Shown: positions 16,374 to 27,374 of the stretch, one piece after another
Position numbering within the stretch: position 1 is the stretch's first letter
Layout of the letters: each line of letters starts with the position of its first letter
From: Bacillota bacterium
GTDB lineage: Bacteria > Bacillota > Sulfobacillia > Fermentithermobacillales > Fermentithermobacillaceae
DNA length: 64,000 nt
Assembly (NCBI GenBank): GCA_040766225.1
Contig: JAXGQX010000005.1
Span: 18,793-82,792 of the forward strand
Direction: 5' to 3'
Notes under the pieces: model-generated
Seen by the model: the letters and a program-made list of their open reading frames with translations, nothing else
The model's database searches: none
Told to the model about the DNA's origin: nothing
Translations under genes and position numbers: made by a program

Positions 16374-19300
16374 GCTGCGGGAGCTGCAACCCTCTCGACG
16401 CGAGATAGCCTCTCCAATCCACTTCGTGAACCTCGCCCGCCGTCAGGAAAGCGATAATGGCTTTTCGGACCGGTTTGCCGAGAATGGTTTCGGCCGCTAG
16501 GGCGTATAACGCGACTTGAGGGGAATACCGGGCTACGGCATCGCCGATTTGGCCGCTGCTCAACGCGTCGGTCTTGTAGTCAAGGATTGTCAAGCCATCC
16601 TGATCCTCCACCAAGACGTCTATGACCCCCTGGAGGAGTACTTCGTCCCCGGCGTCAGTGGATTCTCGCGGCGTGGATGTCTGTCCTGCTGCAACGGCGG
16701 CTGGAACGGAGAGGGTAAAGGGCAGCTCCCGCCTCACTTTATCGGGATTGGCGGTTATCATCTGCCCTGCGGGCGTAGCGAAAAAGGCGGCTACGCTCGA
16801 GACGTCCACATCATCGACCTCGGACGGCTGCAGGAAGCCCAAGTCCGCTAAGCGGACCGCCTCTGCCCGTACCTCTTCAGGTGACCCCGAAGCCAAGAGG
16901 TTCATCCGCGCCAGAACCGTGTGGGTCGCGATACCCCGGCGAATGCCCTCGCTCTGAGCCTTTCCATCATCGAACGCCAAGCGCCTATTCGGACGGGGGA
17001 TGAAGCGCCAGGAGTCCTCTTCCTCGGTGTCTAGCCGGCGTTTCAGCTCACCCACGCTCATCCTGGCCGGGGTCGTCGTAAGGTCGATCAGCGGATACGT
17101 CCATTCGAGACGTCGCTTGACCTCGCTATAGACCGCTTCGTCCGAATCGACGGCCAGAGTCTCCATGATTTTCTTGAGGGGACTTGCTTCCGCTGCCCGG
17201 TCGCCCGTTGAGTAGTCTGATTGCAGCCTGGTCTCCTGAGGCAAGGGAATCTGAAGGCCATCCTCGGTCCCCCAGAACCGGACACAAAACGGAGGCACGC
17301 CGGAGGGCGCCGAACGCGCGGTATCAGAGTTGGCAACGACTACTGCACCTGCTTCACAATTGTCCCGCTGCCCGCTTGAAGCCTCCCCTGTAAGAATGAC
17401 CGGGCACAACCAATCAAGGTACGTCCCGGCAGATGCGATGTCTAGACGCTGCCAGCGCTTCCTCATCCGTTCTAGGTCCCTCGCCGACCCAACCAGACAC
17501 AGTTTCTCCTTTGCTCTGGTAAGCGCCACGTAAAGGACCCGCATCTCCTCGGCAAGGTTCTCCTCTTTGAGTTTCAGGGCGATGGACTGATGCGCCAGCG
17601 ACGGGTACTTGACCCGGTTCACCAAGTCGCAATACTGCGCGCCGATACCCAATTCCCGGTGGAACAGGATGTCTTGACGCAAATCCTCGGTATTGAACCT
17701 CTTGCCCAGGTCCATGACGAAGACTACAGGAAACTCCAGCCCCTTGGCCTTATGGATGGACAACACCCGCACGACGTCTTCCTGCTCGCCGAGAGCACGT
17801 GCCGCGCCTAGGTCCCCATCGGACTCCTGAAGGCGCTCGATGAACCGCAAGAAGCGGAAAAGGCCGTGGTGGCCAAAACTGTCGAATTGCCTCGCCCGAT
17901 CGCAAAGAACTCGCAGGTTGGCTTGACGTTGCGCTCCTCCCGGCAGGCCGCCGACGTAGTCCTCGTAACCGGTCTCTCGAAGGATGGTCCAAAGGACTTC
18001 AGCTAGAGGCTTCCGGCGCGCCATGGTCCTCCAGCGGTCGAGGTCAGAGAGAAACTGTCTGAGCTGCACCGAGAGGCGGGAGTCGCCGACCGCACTAAGC
18101 CCGCAATCCGGGGACGCTTGAGTGCTATCTGCGCGAGATGCGGCCACGACCGCGTCGTAGAAATCCCCTTCCCTATCGTGAATCCTGACTGTGGCAAGGT
18201 CTTCGGCGCTCAGCCCGACAATAGGTGACCGCAATACGGCAGCTAAAGGGATGTCCTGCCTTGGGTTGTCGATGATGGACAAGAGCGAGAGGGCTATTTC
18301 CACCTCTCTGGCCTGGAAGTAGCCTGTGGCGGTGTCGGCATAAGCCGGGATGCCCGCCCTCCCAAGAGCCTCAAGGACGGCGTTGGCGCGTTCCTTGGTC
18401 GACCTCATCAAGATGGCGATGTCCTTGTACGAACACGGTCGGAGGGCCTTCTTGCCAGCATCCCACAACATCAGCGGGTTCCCCGGATTCACCATCTCGG
18501 CGATCCTCGATGCCACCACGAAGGCTTCCTTTTCCACCGCTTCGTAGTCCTCGAGGGCAGACGAGCTGTCCGAAAAAGAGGTATCGGTCTCTTGTGCCGA
18601 GTCTTCGCTCTGCTCGGGCCTGCTCTGTTCGGTCCCGCCCTGTTCGGTCCCGCCCGGCCCAACGCTGGCCTGCTCACCACCCTTTGAGGAAGCCGCGCGG
18701 TCGGGTACCTCCCTCTCCAACAAGTGGAGTTCGGCCACGAACGTGTCGTCTTCGCAGGCGGGATAACCCGCTCCTAAGCGCAGGCGGTGTCCCTCGTCGT
18801 AATCGATATCCGCAAGGTCTGCCCGCATGATGCGCTCGAAAACCCAGTTGGCGGCATCCAACACCTCAGACCTGCTGCGGAAGTTGGTGGATAAGTCGAC
18901 GCGTAGTCCTCCCGACTCAGCGCCTCCGTGCCCCCCTGCAACTGCATACCTCTTGTGCCTCTCCAGGAAAATGCGCGGCTCGGCCAGTCTGAAGCGGTAA
19001 ATGCTCTGCTTGATATCCCCGACGGTGAAAAGGTTGGCTTGATCCCCATCCCTTGTCACTAACGCAAGCAGCGCCTCTTGGACGGGGTTGGTGTCCTGGT
19101 ACTCATCGACCAACACGTAGTCAAACTCAGACCGCACCTGCGATGCAACCGCCCCGTCATCCTTTGAAAGTGCGAGCAGGCAGTACCTTTCGAGGTCGGA
19201 AAAGTCCAAGCCTCCACGGTCGAGCTTCTTCGCGGTATACCTGACGTCCAGCTGCTTGACCACAGCGATGAGGCAGTCAAGGTATGGGGACAAAGCGGTG

Positions 19301-20466
19301 AGCTCTTGGATCAACTGCTCCGCCGGTCGCATAAACGCGTAGTCACCTATCTTCCGGAACTGCTCCTTCGCGGCGTTGCGCCTGTCTTGAGCCTCTTCCT
19401 TCAGAACCGGGTTTTCCGGTTTACGGATGGAAGGCATGCGGGCGAACTCGTGGTTAAGCAACTGTCGCAGAACTTCGCCGACTTGTTCCGGAGTTCCATT
19501 CTGGAGGCTGTCGACGCCATCAGGCCCGACGTCATCCTCGGCACTGTCGCCTTCGGGACTGCATCCTACCCCGCTCCCATCGCCAGCGTTCCCCTCGTCA
19601 CCGCTAGCCAAAAGCCTCTCGGCCAGCTCCTTTGCCTTCGAGTAGACTGCTACTTCTTCTTCGACTACTCCTAGATATGCGGACGGACCGTCCGGTTCCA
19701 GGCAGATCTCCCGGGCTTCTTGAGCCAACTGAAGCGCGCGGTCTAGGTCACGGACGGCGGATTTCAGCAGAGACCTGGTCCAGGGAAGCCGCCATACCGA
19801 GCCGCGAGGGTCGGGGCCCACATCCGCGCTGCCGTTTCCACTCTCGCTGCTCACGCAAGCGGCACTGTGGACCTTCGTTCTCGCCTCTTCAAGCCAACCG
19901 TCCATAGAAGGCTGTGTGCTGGCAAAATCGTATAGGCGCGCCACGGTGGCCTTGAGTCCTTCGTCCACGCCTCGCCCTCCGTACATGTCCACCAAATCGT
20001 GGAACACGTCGGAAGCCTGGTACATGTCCTCAAAGACCTCGTCGATGGCATCCTGCTTCAAGAGGTCCGCCTCACCGGTATCCAAGACCCTGAAGGACGG
20101 GTCCAAGTCGACTTGGTGGAAGAACCTCCTCAGCATGCGCAAGCAGAACGCGTGAATAGTGGAGATTTGCGCTTTTTCGAGGAGGTCCAATTGACGCCTG
20201 AGCGGCGTATCCTCCGAACTCTCGGCAATCTTTTTCTCAAGCGCGGCACGGACCCTCGCCTTCATCTCCTGGGCCGCTTTCTCGGTGAAGGTGACCACGA
20301 GGAAGCGCTCGATGTCCACGGGAGGATCGCCGGTCACGAGGCCAATAACCCTTTCCACCAGGACAGCGGTCTTGCCCGTTCCGGCGGATGCCGACACCAG
20401 AAGATTGGTGCCGCGTGTCTCTATCGCCAATCTTTGCTCCGCCGTCCACTTCGGTCCTTCGCTCAC
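16363..20466 (-). CDS. addA: ATP-dependent helicase/nuclease subunit AddA
   Basis: WTAEQ...LLVSASAGTGKT, VDEYQD, VGDIKQSIYRFR, SIHKAKGLEF, LYVALTRA, nuclease QGVID...ILDYKTD; GTG 20466 overlaps the addB stop. Confidence 0.96.
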   Translation of the reverse strand: MSEGPKWTAEQRLAIETRGTNLLVSASAGTGKTAVLVERVIGLVTGDPPVDIERFLVVTFTEKAAQEMKARVRAALEKKIAESSEDTPLRRQLDLLEKAQISTIHAFCLRMLRRFFHQVDLDPSFRVLDTGEADLLKQDAIDEVFEDMYQASDVFHDLVDMYGGRGVDEGLKATVARLYDFASTQPSMDGWLEEARTKVHSAACVSSESGNGSADVGPDPRGSVWRLPWTRSLLKSAVRDLDRALQLAQEAREICLEPDGPSAYLGVVEEEVAVYSKAKELAERLLASGDEGNAGDGSGVGCSPEGDSAEDDVGPDGVDSLQNGTPEQVGEVLRQLLNHEFARMPSIRKPENPVLKEEAQDRRNAAKEQFRKIGDYAFMRPAEQLIQELTALSPYLDCLIAVVKQLDVRYTAKKLDRGGLDFSDLERYCLLALSKDDGAVASQVRSEFDYVLVDEYQDTNPVQEALLALVTRDGDQANLFTVGDIKQSIYRFRLAEPRIFLERHKRYAVAGGHGGAESGGLRVDLSTNFRSRSEVLDAANWVFERIMRADLADIDYDEGHRLRLGAGYPACEDDTFVAELHLLEREVPDRAASSKGGEQASVGPGGTEQGGTEQSRPEQSEDSAQETDTSFSDSSSALEDYEAVEKEAFVVASRIAEMVNPGNPLMLWDAGKKALRPCSYKDIAILMRSTKERANAVLEALGRAGIPAYADTATGYFQAREVEIALSLLSIIDNPRQDIPLAAVLRSPIVGLSAEDLATVRIHDREGDFYDAVVAASRADSTQASPDCGLSAVGDSRLSVQLRQFLSDLDRWRTMARRKPLAEVLWTILRETGYEDYVGGLPGGAQRQANLRVLCDRARQFDSFGHHGLFRFLRFIERLQESDGDLGAARALGEQEDVVRVLSIHKAKGLEFPVVFVMDLGKRFNTEDLRQDILFHRELGIGAQYCDLVNRVKYPSLAHQSIALKLKEENLAEEMRVLYVALTRAKEKLCLVGSARDLERMRKRWQRLDIASAGTYLDWLCPVILTGEASSGQRDNCEAGAVVVANSDTARSAPSGVPPFCVRFWGTEDGLQIPLPQETRLQSDYSTGDRAAEASPLKKIMETLAVDSDEAVYSEVKRRLEWTYPLIDLTTTPARMSVGELKRRLDTEEEDSWRFIPRPNRRLAFDDGKAQSEGIRRGIATHTVLARMNLLASGSPEEVRAEAVRLADLGFLQPSEVDDVDVSSVAAFFATPAGQMITANPDKVRRELPFTLSVPAAVAAGQTSTPRESTDAGDEVLLQGVIDVLVEDQDGLTILDYKTDALSSGQIGDAVARYSPQVALYALAAETILGKPVRKAIIAFLTAGEVHEVDWRGYLASRGLQLPQPMG

Positions 20467-23400
20467 TGCCCGGTCCCCCCTTCCGACACTTGTCCTCCGA
20501 GTTCGTTCCATATGACCTCGGGAGGAACCGTCTTCAGATTCCGGTAGTAGTTCCCCGGGATTAGTGCGTCGAACTGGCACAACGGCCCGAACGGGCAATA
20601 CGTGCACGCCCTCTTCTGCCCCCTGCGGTACGGAAGGATGTCAGCCCGACCCTTCAGGACTTGGCCCGCAAGAGCCCGCACCTTCTCCTTAACGAAATCC
20701 AAAAGGAGCGGGAACTTGTCTTTCGGGACCACCGAAGAGCGCGCGCCAAGGGCATCCTTGGTGAACTGGACCGGGATAATCGGGGAGTACCCCTTCATCT
20801 CGGAGTCCATAAGACCCGCTATTTGGCGGTCGCCGGCGACCAGACCGGACATGCGCAGGCTCTTCAAGAGGCTTTCTCTGGCATGCTCCTCCGGAACCGG
20901 ACCGGAGGCGGAGATGATGGGGTCCCGGACCACGAAATACAGGGCGCCTGCCGGAACGACCTTTGAGGCAGGTGGGAAATCCGGGACGATGTCCCTCCAC
21001 GAAGACACAGCCACCAAGAGATAGACGAGAAGCTGCAGCGAAAGTCCCTCATAGACGTCGGTGAGGTCAAGCGGTCGCGGGCTCGACTTGTAGTCGATGA
21101 TGCGCAGGTAGGTGGTATCCTCGACAACGCACGCGTCCAAGCGGTCTATCTGCCCTCGTAAGGTCACTTGACCGAGTTTCCCAAGAGGCAGCACAAGAGG
21201 CGGAATACGGCCCTGTAGACCAAACTGAGCCTCCAGAGCTACCGGCCTGAACTCTGTTCTCTTGGCGTGCTGGGTCAACACATCCGCCGCGCGACGGGTT
21301 ATCCTTCCGAGGGCCCTCCCTACGTGACGATACCGGGCGGAACTAAGGAAGATCTCCTCCTGGACCTGTGGAACAAGCCGTTCGACCACTGTTGACACGG
21401 CAGCGCCGATTTCCGCGTCCGTTAGCGCGGTCCAGTTCCGGCTCCCGCTTTGAACCTCCGTAACGAATTCCTTCAGCGCGTTATGCAGGAAAGTCCCAGC
21501 GTCGGCCGGTTCCAGTTTGTAGATGTCCCTCTCCCTGAGTCTCAGACCATCCGCGGCAAAGTGGCTGAAGGGGCAAGCGCTGAACCGCTCCAGCCTGGAT
21601 ACGCTTGTCTTCAAGACGGAGCCGTAAAGGCTTCTCACTGTTGACTTCCCTAAAGCCGGAACGAAGTTGCGGTAGTCAAGTGACCGGAGGACCCGTTGGA
21701 TGGCAGAGGTGTCCGCGCCACGCACCGGGGTTGCACTGGGCGACGGGATTGCACTGGGCAACGGTGCTGCGCTCGGCGGGGTCGCACCCTGACCGAAGGG
21801 GGCCCTGCGCGCATCTCGCTCCGGCGCCGTCAAGTATCTGAGAGCTTCGGCCCACGCGCGTCCCGGGAAGACCCCTTGCCTACCTAACGCCAGCCTCCTG
21901 ACGGTTAGACTCATTACCCTGGCGGGAAGCACGTAATCCAGATCATCCGGCATACGTCCGGGCGGGTCCATCGAAACTAACCTCTCCGGTCGGTCCCCAA
22001 CATCTTACGGATAGTCCCCAGCACGTGAGACGGTTCGAGAGCTTTACCTTCGGCGTCACCCAGGGGGTATGAGACGTAAAGCCGGTGGCTCGGCCTGGTC
22101 AGCGCAATGTACACCAAATACTTCTCGTGAAGCTGTCGAAGACGGGAACCCGGGCTCATTTCTACTCCGAGGCTCCTCAGCCGCTCTCTCTCTCCGTCTG
22201 TGAAGATCCCGTCCTCTGACTGGCGTTTTGGAAATGATCCGGCCAGAGCGCCCAGCAAAAAAGTGGCCTTGCAGGCGGGCTGCCGGGACCGGTCCAAGTT
22301 GCCCACCAAGACCTGGTCCAAAGAAGGCGGTATCACACCGAGCCGAATGTCATGGAGCCCCGCGTCCAGCAAGAGCGCGTAGGTCTTAAGGTCGCATGGA
22401 CGGTCCTTGAGAATCTCCGCTGCCTGCTCAATTATCTCCATCGTCTTGTCCCAGATGCCCGCGTGGACCATGGCCTCGGCCAAATCCCCTGCTTCCTCGG
22501 CTTCCTTCTGCCATGTCTCCAGGGTCCCAGGGACGTCCAGGTCGACAAGCAGCCTATACAGCGCCAATGAAACGTCGGAGGCGCATGGGGTCTGGCGGTC
22601 GTCAGGATTCTGGCCATCGTCTTCGCCAGTATCCCTGAGAACCGACCTGTAGAACGCCGTGAGATGCTTCACGGCCTTGCGGCGGACATTGTCGCACAGC
22701 TCGCAACGGCGCTCCTCCCGATAGTCCCGGTCCTCTTCCACCATGTACCGCTTGGCGAACCGCCAGGAATCCTCGGACACCCACCTCTGATGGTTGATTC
22801 CATGCGCCAGGACATAGTTCTCCAGTATATCGACTTCTTCACGGCTCACTGGTACAAGATCCGTCTTCAGGTACCTGAATACCGCTTCCGACGAGAACGA
22901 TGTAAGCACCACAGCCAAAGCGGCCCTAAGCAGTTCCGCCAACGGATGATGAGACACGGACCGCTTCTCATCTATGAAGTGGGGTACGCCGTGATCCCTG
23001 AATACCAGCGACACCAACTCCGAGTACTTATCCAACTCCCTGGTTTCGACTGTGATGTCCCGGTAGCGGTATCCGCAGTCCCGCACCAGGCGGATTATCT
23101 CTCTGGCAGCAAACTCGACTTCAGCCAAGGGGTTGGCGGTGGCGACGACTTGGACACCGTCGTCGGAGGATGGCTCGTTTGGCGCATGCGCTCCGCGCAA
23201 TCCGGCCTCCACCAGGGCAAGGTCAGAGCACGCGAACCTCGGTAAAGGACCATCTTTGCCCAAAATCACGGCAGGGGCTTCGGGCACCCCCCTCTTCCAG
23301 GCAATCTCCCTGATCTTCTCAAGGGCTTCCCGCGTCTGATGGAACAGACTATCCTCGCTGAGGGCGGATTCTGCGGCATTCTCGTCTATACATAAAGCCA

Positions 23401-24085
23401 CGTTCACTTCGCGAGCCGTCTCCATAAGCGCTCCCAATGCCCGGTACTCATCGGGATTGAAACCCGAAAAACCGTCGACCCACACTGAAGCGCCCTTCAC
23501 CAGCGACGAAGACGCCATCCTCTCTGAGGCGAGGTTCAGGTAATCCGTTGGGTCCAAGAAGCGGTCCTTCAAGAATGCGAAGTAATTGCGGTAGACCACT
23601 CCGAGATCGTGGACCTTCTGTTCGAGGAAGGGCGCCTCAATGTCGGACGCCCGCGCCTGCAGCTCGTCCGGACTAACGTCATAGGAATGAAGTTCATTAA
23701 GGGTATCCGTGACGTTGTCCCGGAACCCGGGATAGTTCACTAGCGGAGCGAATACGGTTAGGTCTTTGCGATTGTCCCAAAGAATCGCCTGAACCGCCAT
23801 GCTCTTGCCGACCGGAGTGATGAACGGATGAAAGGTCCCGCCGGTCTCCTCTAGGACCCGCCACGCCAAGCGGCGGAAGGACAGGACCTGAAGGTCCACA
23901 AAACCTTTGAGCCGCGGGTCGCGCAGGATGAGGCGCTCCATCTGGAAAGTGGCTTGGTCAGGCACGATGAAGAGAATGCTGCCCGACCCACGTGCCGCAA
24001 GACTATCCGCAATGGCCCTTGCTATGTATGAGGTCTTTCCCGAACCCGCAGGTCCGAGTACGAATCGAAGGCTGATGTAAATCAC
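20463..24085 (-). CDS. addB: ATP-dependent helicase/nuclease subunit AddB (one frameshift near 21995)
   Basis: GPAGSGKT, IVPDQATFQME; C-terminal SVSRLERFSACPF, GQIDRLD, IIDYKS and the Fe-S motif CTYCPFGPLC; split at a G run, likely a sequencing indel. Confidence 0.92.
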
Positions 24086-24247
24086 CCCAATGGGGATGAT
24101 TCTTCAGCAAGGGCTATCATTCCTATCTGCGGAAGATGCCTCGGGCGGAGCGCCCACTGGGCACACTCGAATGAACCCACTTGGAGCTTCTATCTACAAG
24201 GTTTACTGCATTTCCGGCGCGAGGGAGAGAACCTAGCCTGAGTTACG

Positions 24248-24573
24248 CTACCCATAGAGCAGCACACCTTCAGTGGCGACCAGCCGCTCGATGGTGGGAG
24301 CGTATCTGCGCTGGTCAAACCAATCCGCCTTGCCTACAATCACATCGACCGACACGGTCTTCTTGTCCCGTATCGCCCGACGAATCGCCCTCATAGCGTC
24401 GATCTCACGCATTCCGTCTGCCTCAGGCATCACTACATAGAGGTCAATGTCCGAATCAGGGCCTCGGGTATCATTGGCGTGGGACCCAAACAGATATATG
24501 CGCTCTACCGGCACAGTCCTGAGATAATGGAATCAGTAAGAACATCCAGCTCTTCTCTTATGCGCCGCTCCAT
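24248..24573 (-). CDS. Minimal nucleotidyltransferase (MNT) antitoxin-like protein, frameshifted near its start
   Basis: IYLFGSHA...DSDIDLYVV motif; ATG 24573 (RBS GGAGGT, MERRIREELDVL) is out of frame with ORF 24248-24514. Confidence 0.8.
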
Positions 24574-24662
24574 GATCCCACCTCCATCGGCTATCCTCCC
24601 AGACAGATCTTACCATGGCTCGGAGTCTGCGTCACGCAAACACAATCTGGCAGTAAGCGCAC

Positions 24663-25922
24663 CTACTTGATGCTGGCCCCAAACAGCACGTAGACCTCAC
24701 GGTTATCCTTGCTGCCTCCGGACTGAACCCCGTACTCAAAATAGGCACCGTGAACCATGTATACTCTGCAACTGTCTGAGGCGACGGCCAGCGTTATCGT
24801 GTCTCCTGACTGCAGTTCCAGGTCCAGCATACCCCCGAAGGGGCACTTGGTGCCGCCTCGACACTGGATGACATCCGTGAGTAGAGTCTCCAGCTCGGCT
24901 AAGGAGTCTTTGTCGGTTACGGTGTAGGTCTCATCAAGTACCGTGAGCGTCGCAGACACTATGCCGTCTATCCTATCCGGCCGGAAGACTCCGGTTCCGT
25001 AGTACTTCTCGGCAACGGGCGACACGAGGGCAAGGAAGTCCGCCGTGTACTCCTTCTCGATACGACGATAGCCACTGCCACTCCGCGAGTAGCCAACGAG
25101 GCAGCCGTTATCCATCACTTGCCAATGGCCATCCTCAAGCATAATCCAAATCCCCAGCGACACTTCTTCGTCGAGGTATCCCCCGTCGGTCGCGGATGCC
25201 TCTGCCAGCCGAAGAGCCTCAAGCCATGCGTCCTGGTCCTTCGGAACATAATACCCGCCAACCCCACGGCTTGCTGTCGGCCTGAGCATGACACTTATCC
25301 CATCCTGAGCCCGGCGGCTGCGAAGCATATTGTCGTAGGAGTATTCATCCACAACAAATCGGAATACATGCTCGCTGCAGGAAACCTCGCACTTGTCCTC
25401 TGACTCGATGTACCTTCCGGCCTTTTCAATCTCAAGTGCTGCAGTAGTACGTTCCCTCGGGTAACCCTGTGATGAGGCTCCTGTCGGCCCCTTCATACAA
25501 GGCTCGTAGTCGGTTGCTGTATAGACGCTCAGCCCTTTGAGCACGACATTGTCTCCGCGAATCAGGTCGATATCTTCGCGAAGGACGATCGTCGGGAGTT
25601 GATTCAACACCGCTTCTAGGTCACCCAAGACGCTCCCGTTATCGGCCGACACCCATCCTGACTCGTCTGTCCACGTTTCGGACCATAGAAGGTTTTCGTA
25701 GGGTGTGACCGTTTCACCGTTCGAGGTAATTGCAAAGTCCGGAGTGGCCCCTACAACGTCGTCGTTGGACTCACCCTCGGGCGGGTCTCCGTTCTCGTCG
25801 TTGGCCTCGAAGGCAACCTGTCTTTCACATCCTCCTAAGCAACCAGCCGCCATCGAGACTAGGATCGCGACAACCAGAATTCTAGCCAACGTCCACCAGA
25901 CCATGCCACTATGTCTGTACAT
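24663..25922 (-). CDS. Hypothetical lipoprotein
   Basis: Signal peptide with lipobox MAAGC; RBS GGAGGG. Confidence 0.65.
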   Translation of the reverse strand: MYRHSGMVWWTLARILVVAILVSMAAGCLGGCERQVAFEANDENGDPPEGESNDDVVGATPDFAITSNGETVTPYENLLWSETWTDESGWVSADNGSVLGDLEAVLNQLPTIVLREDIDLIRGDNVVLKGLSVYTATDYEPCMKGPTGASSQGYPRERTTAALEIEKAGRYIESEDKCEVSCSEHVFRFVVDEYSYDNMLRSRRAQDGISVMLRPTASRGVGGYYVPKDQDAWLEALRLAEASATDGGYLDEEVSLGIWIMLEDGHWQVMDNGCLVGYSRSGSGYRRIEKEYTADFLALVSPVAEKYYGTGVFRPDRIDGIVSATLTVLDETYTVTDKDSLAELETLLTDVIQCRGGTKCPFGGMLDLELQSGDTITLAVASDSCRVYMVHGAYFEYGVQSGGSKDNREVYVLFGASIK

Positions 25923-26219
25923 TCGGCACCCTCCTTGCTACTCAGGATTGCCGCCAGCCCGTTTTCTACCCACTCCAGTCGTTGAGGAGTCCATGTTTTC
26001 CGCATTCGAGCAACCCCGGCGGGTAGAATTCAGTCACTCAGCAAGACTGGGCAAAGAAGCCGGCGGTTCCCGGATGAAGAAGAGGAGTGCATAGTAACCA
26101 ACACCGCAAATTCTCAGTGCCAGCAAGAAAGAGGAAAACAGCTACCAGCAGTTGCTAGCTGCGGGAGTCGTACGCAGAAGGGCTAGTAAGAAAAAACGAG
26201 GATCTACCGCCCCATCTCG

Positions 26220-26996
26220 CTAGCCGCTGGCCGAATCCTCTGCCGCCAAGCGGGCTGCCGCGTTGAGTCCCATTTCTATGAGGGTCTCCTCCGCCTTCAC
26301 GAATAGCGGGTCTTTCTGGTGGTGAGCGATGTTCAGATCTCCCGATTTGACCGAGACCTGGGGAGTTCGCGGGCCGTTGTCCAGAACAAACGCTGCCCCG
26401 CAGCGGAAACGCCTGTACAGCCCTATGATGAACTGCGTATCGGCTTCCATCTCCAAGGAGATGATCCCGCCGCGACGAAGGAGTTCATTGTGCTCGTCAT
26501 TGTCCGGGCGATAGAAAGCATCCACTGAAGCAACGGGGCCTATGTGCGCAGAGACGCCCAAGTCTTCAGCCGCGTCAACCAGCGACCGAGTCACCTGAAA
26601 GTGAGCGGCAGCGGGAAAGGGCTTGGGAAGGTACTCATCGCCGGTGCCCCCTCCCCGGTAGGACGCAGTAGCAATGACGATATCACCAACACCGGTCTGC
26701 GGCGATATTCCGCCCGAGGAACCAAGCCTGATGAAGGTATCAGCGCCCATGTTGCCAAGCTCCTCCATCGCGATAGCTACCTGTGGCCCGCCCATGCCTG
26801 TTGAGCAGACCGTCACCTGGACTCCGCGGAATGTCCCCGTGTGCACCAGGTACCCTCGAGTTTCGGACACGAGTCTGGAGCCATCCAACCTTGCGGCTAT
26901 CTTCCTACCGCGGACGTGGTCACCCGGGATAAAGCAATACCGAGCGATATCGGCATTCCGAGCCTTGATGTGGTGTTGAGTGAACTCGTCAGCCAT
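26220..26996 (-). CDS. udp: Nucleoside phosphorylase (uridine phosphorylase family)
   Basis: FIPGDHVRG, STGMGGPQVAIAMEEL, FIRLGSSG and LEMEA motifs. Confidence 0.85.
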   Translation of the reverse strand: MADEFTQHHIKARNADIARYCFIPGDHVRGRKIAARLDGSRLVSETRGYLVHTGTFRGVQVTVCSTGMGGPQVAIAMEELGNMGADTFIRLGSSGGISPQTGVGDIVIATASYRGGGTGDEYLPKPFPAAAHFQVTRSLVDAAEDLGVSAHIGPVASVDAFYRPDNDEHNELLRRGGIISLEMEADTQFIIGLYRRFRCGAAFVLDNGPRTPQVSVKSGDLNIAHHQKDPLFVKAEETLIEMGLNAAARLAAEDSASG

Positions 26997-27046
26997 CGGA
27001 TTGGCCCCCCTTGATGAAACTTCATCATTCCACTATCCAATACTAT

Positions 27047-27325
27047 CCGCCCGCGCCGCAGCGCCTCCGTTCTTATCCGGTCATCGTCGCGGAGACCCGA
27101 CATTTCTTCCACTCGCGGAAACGACCACCGGAAGATTTGTCCGCTCGCTCCAGGCGCCTCCATTTTTGTCCGGTCGTCGCCCCGCGAACCCGACATTTCT
27201 TCCCCTCTCGAAAGCAACTTCACCGGAAGATTTGTCCGCTCGCTCCCCGGCGCCTCCGTTTTATCCGGTCACCGCCCCGCGAACCCGACATTTCTTCCTC
27301 TCGAAAGCAACCACCGGAAGATTTG
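27047..27325. repeat. Intergenic tandem repeat, three diverged copies of about 94 bp with internal inverted repeats
   Basis: Copies start at 27047, 27141 and 27236; shared GCGCCTCC..TCCGGTC..ACCCGACATTTCTTCC..CACCGGAAGATTTG. Confidence 0.9.
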
Positions 27326-27374
27326 CCAAGTCCATCGCTTTCCTCGCCGTCCCCCGACGCCCGTTGGTCGTCAC

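Noticed and set aside
20467-20607. N-terminal extension of AddA in the ORF track
   Set aside because: Overlaps the AddB C-terminus; the GTG at 20466 in a GTGA overlap is the plausible start.
27047-27325. Possible CRISPR array or coding repeats (ORFs 26897-27223, 26980-27426, 27011-27454)
   Set aside because: The whole unit is repeated with no spacers, and periods of 94 and 95 are not multiples of three, so the ORFs are by-products.
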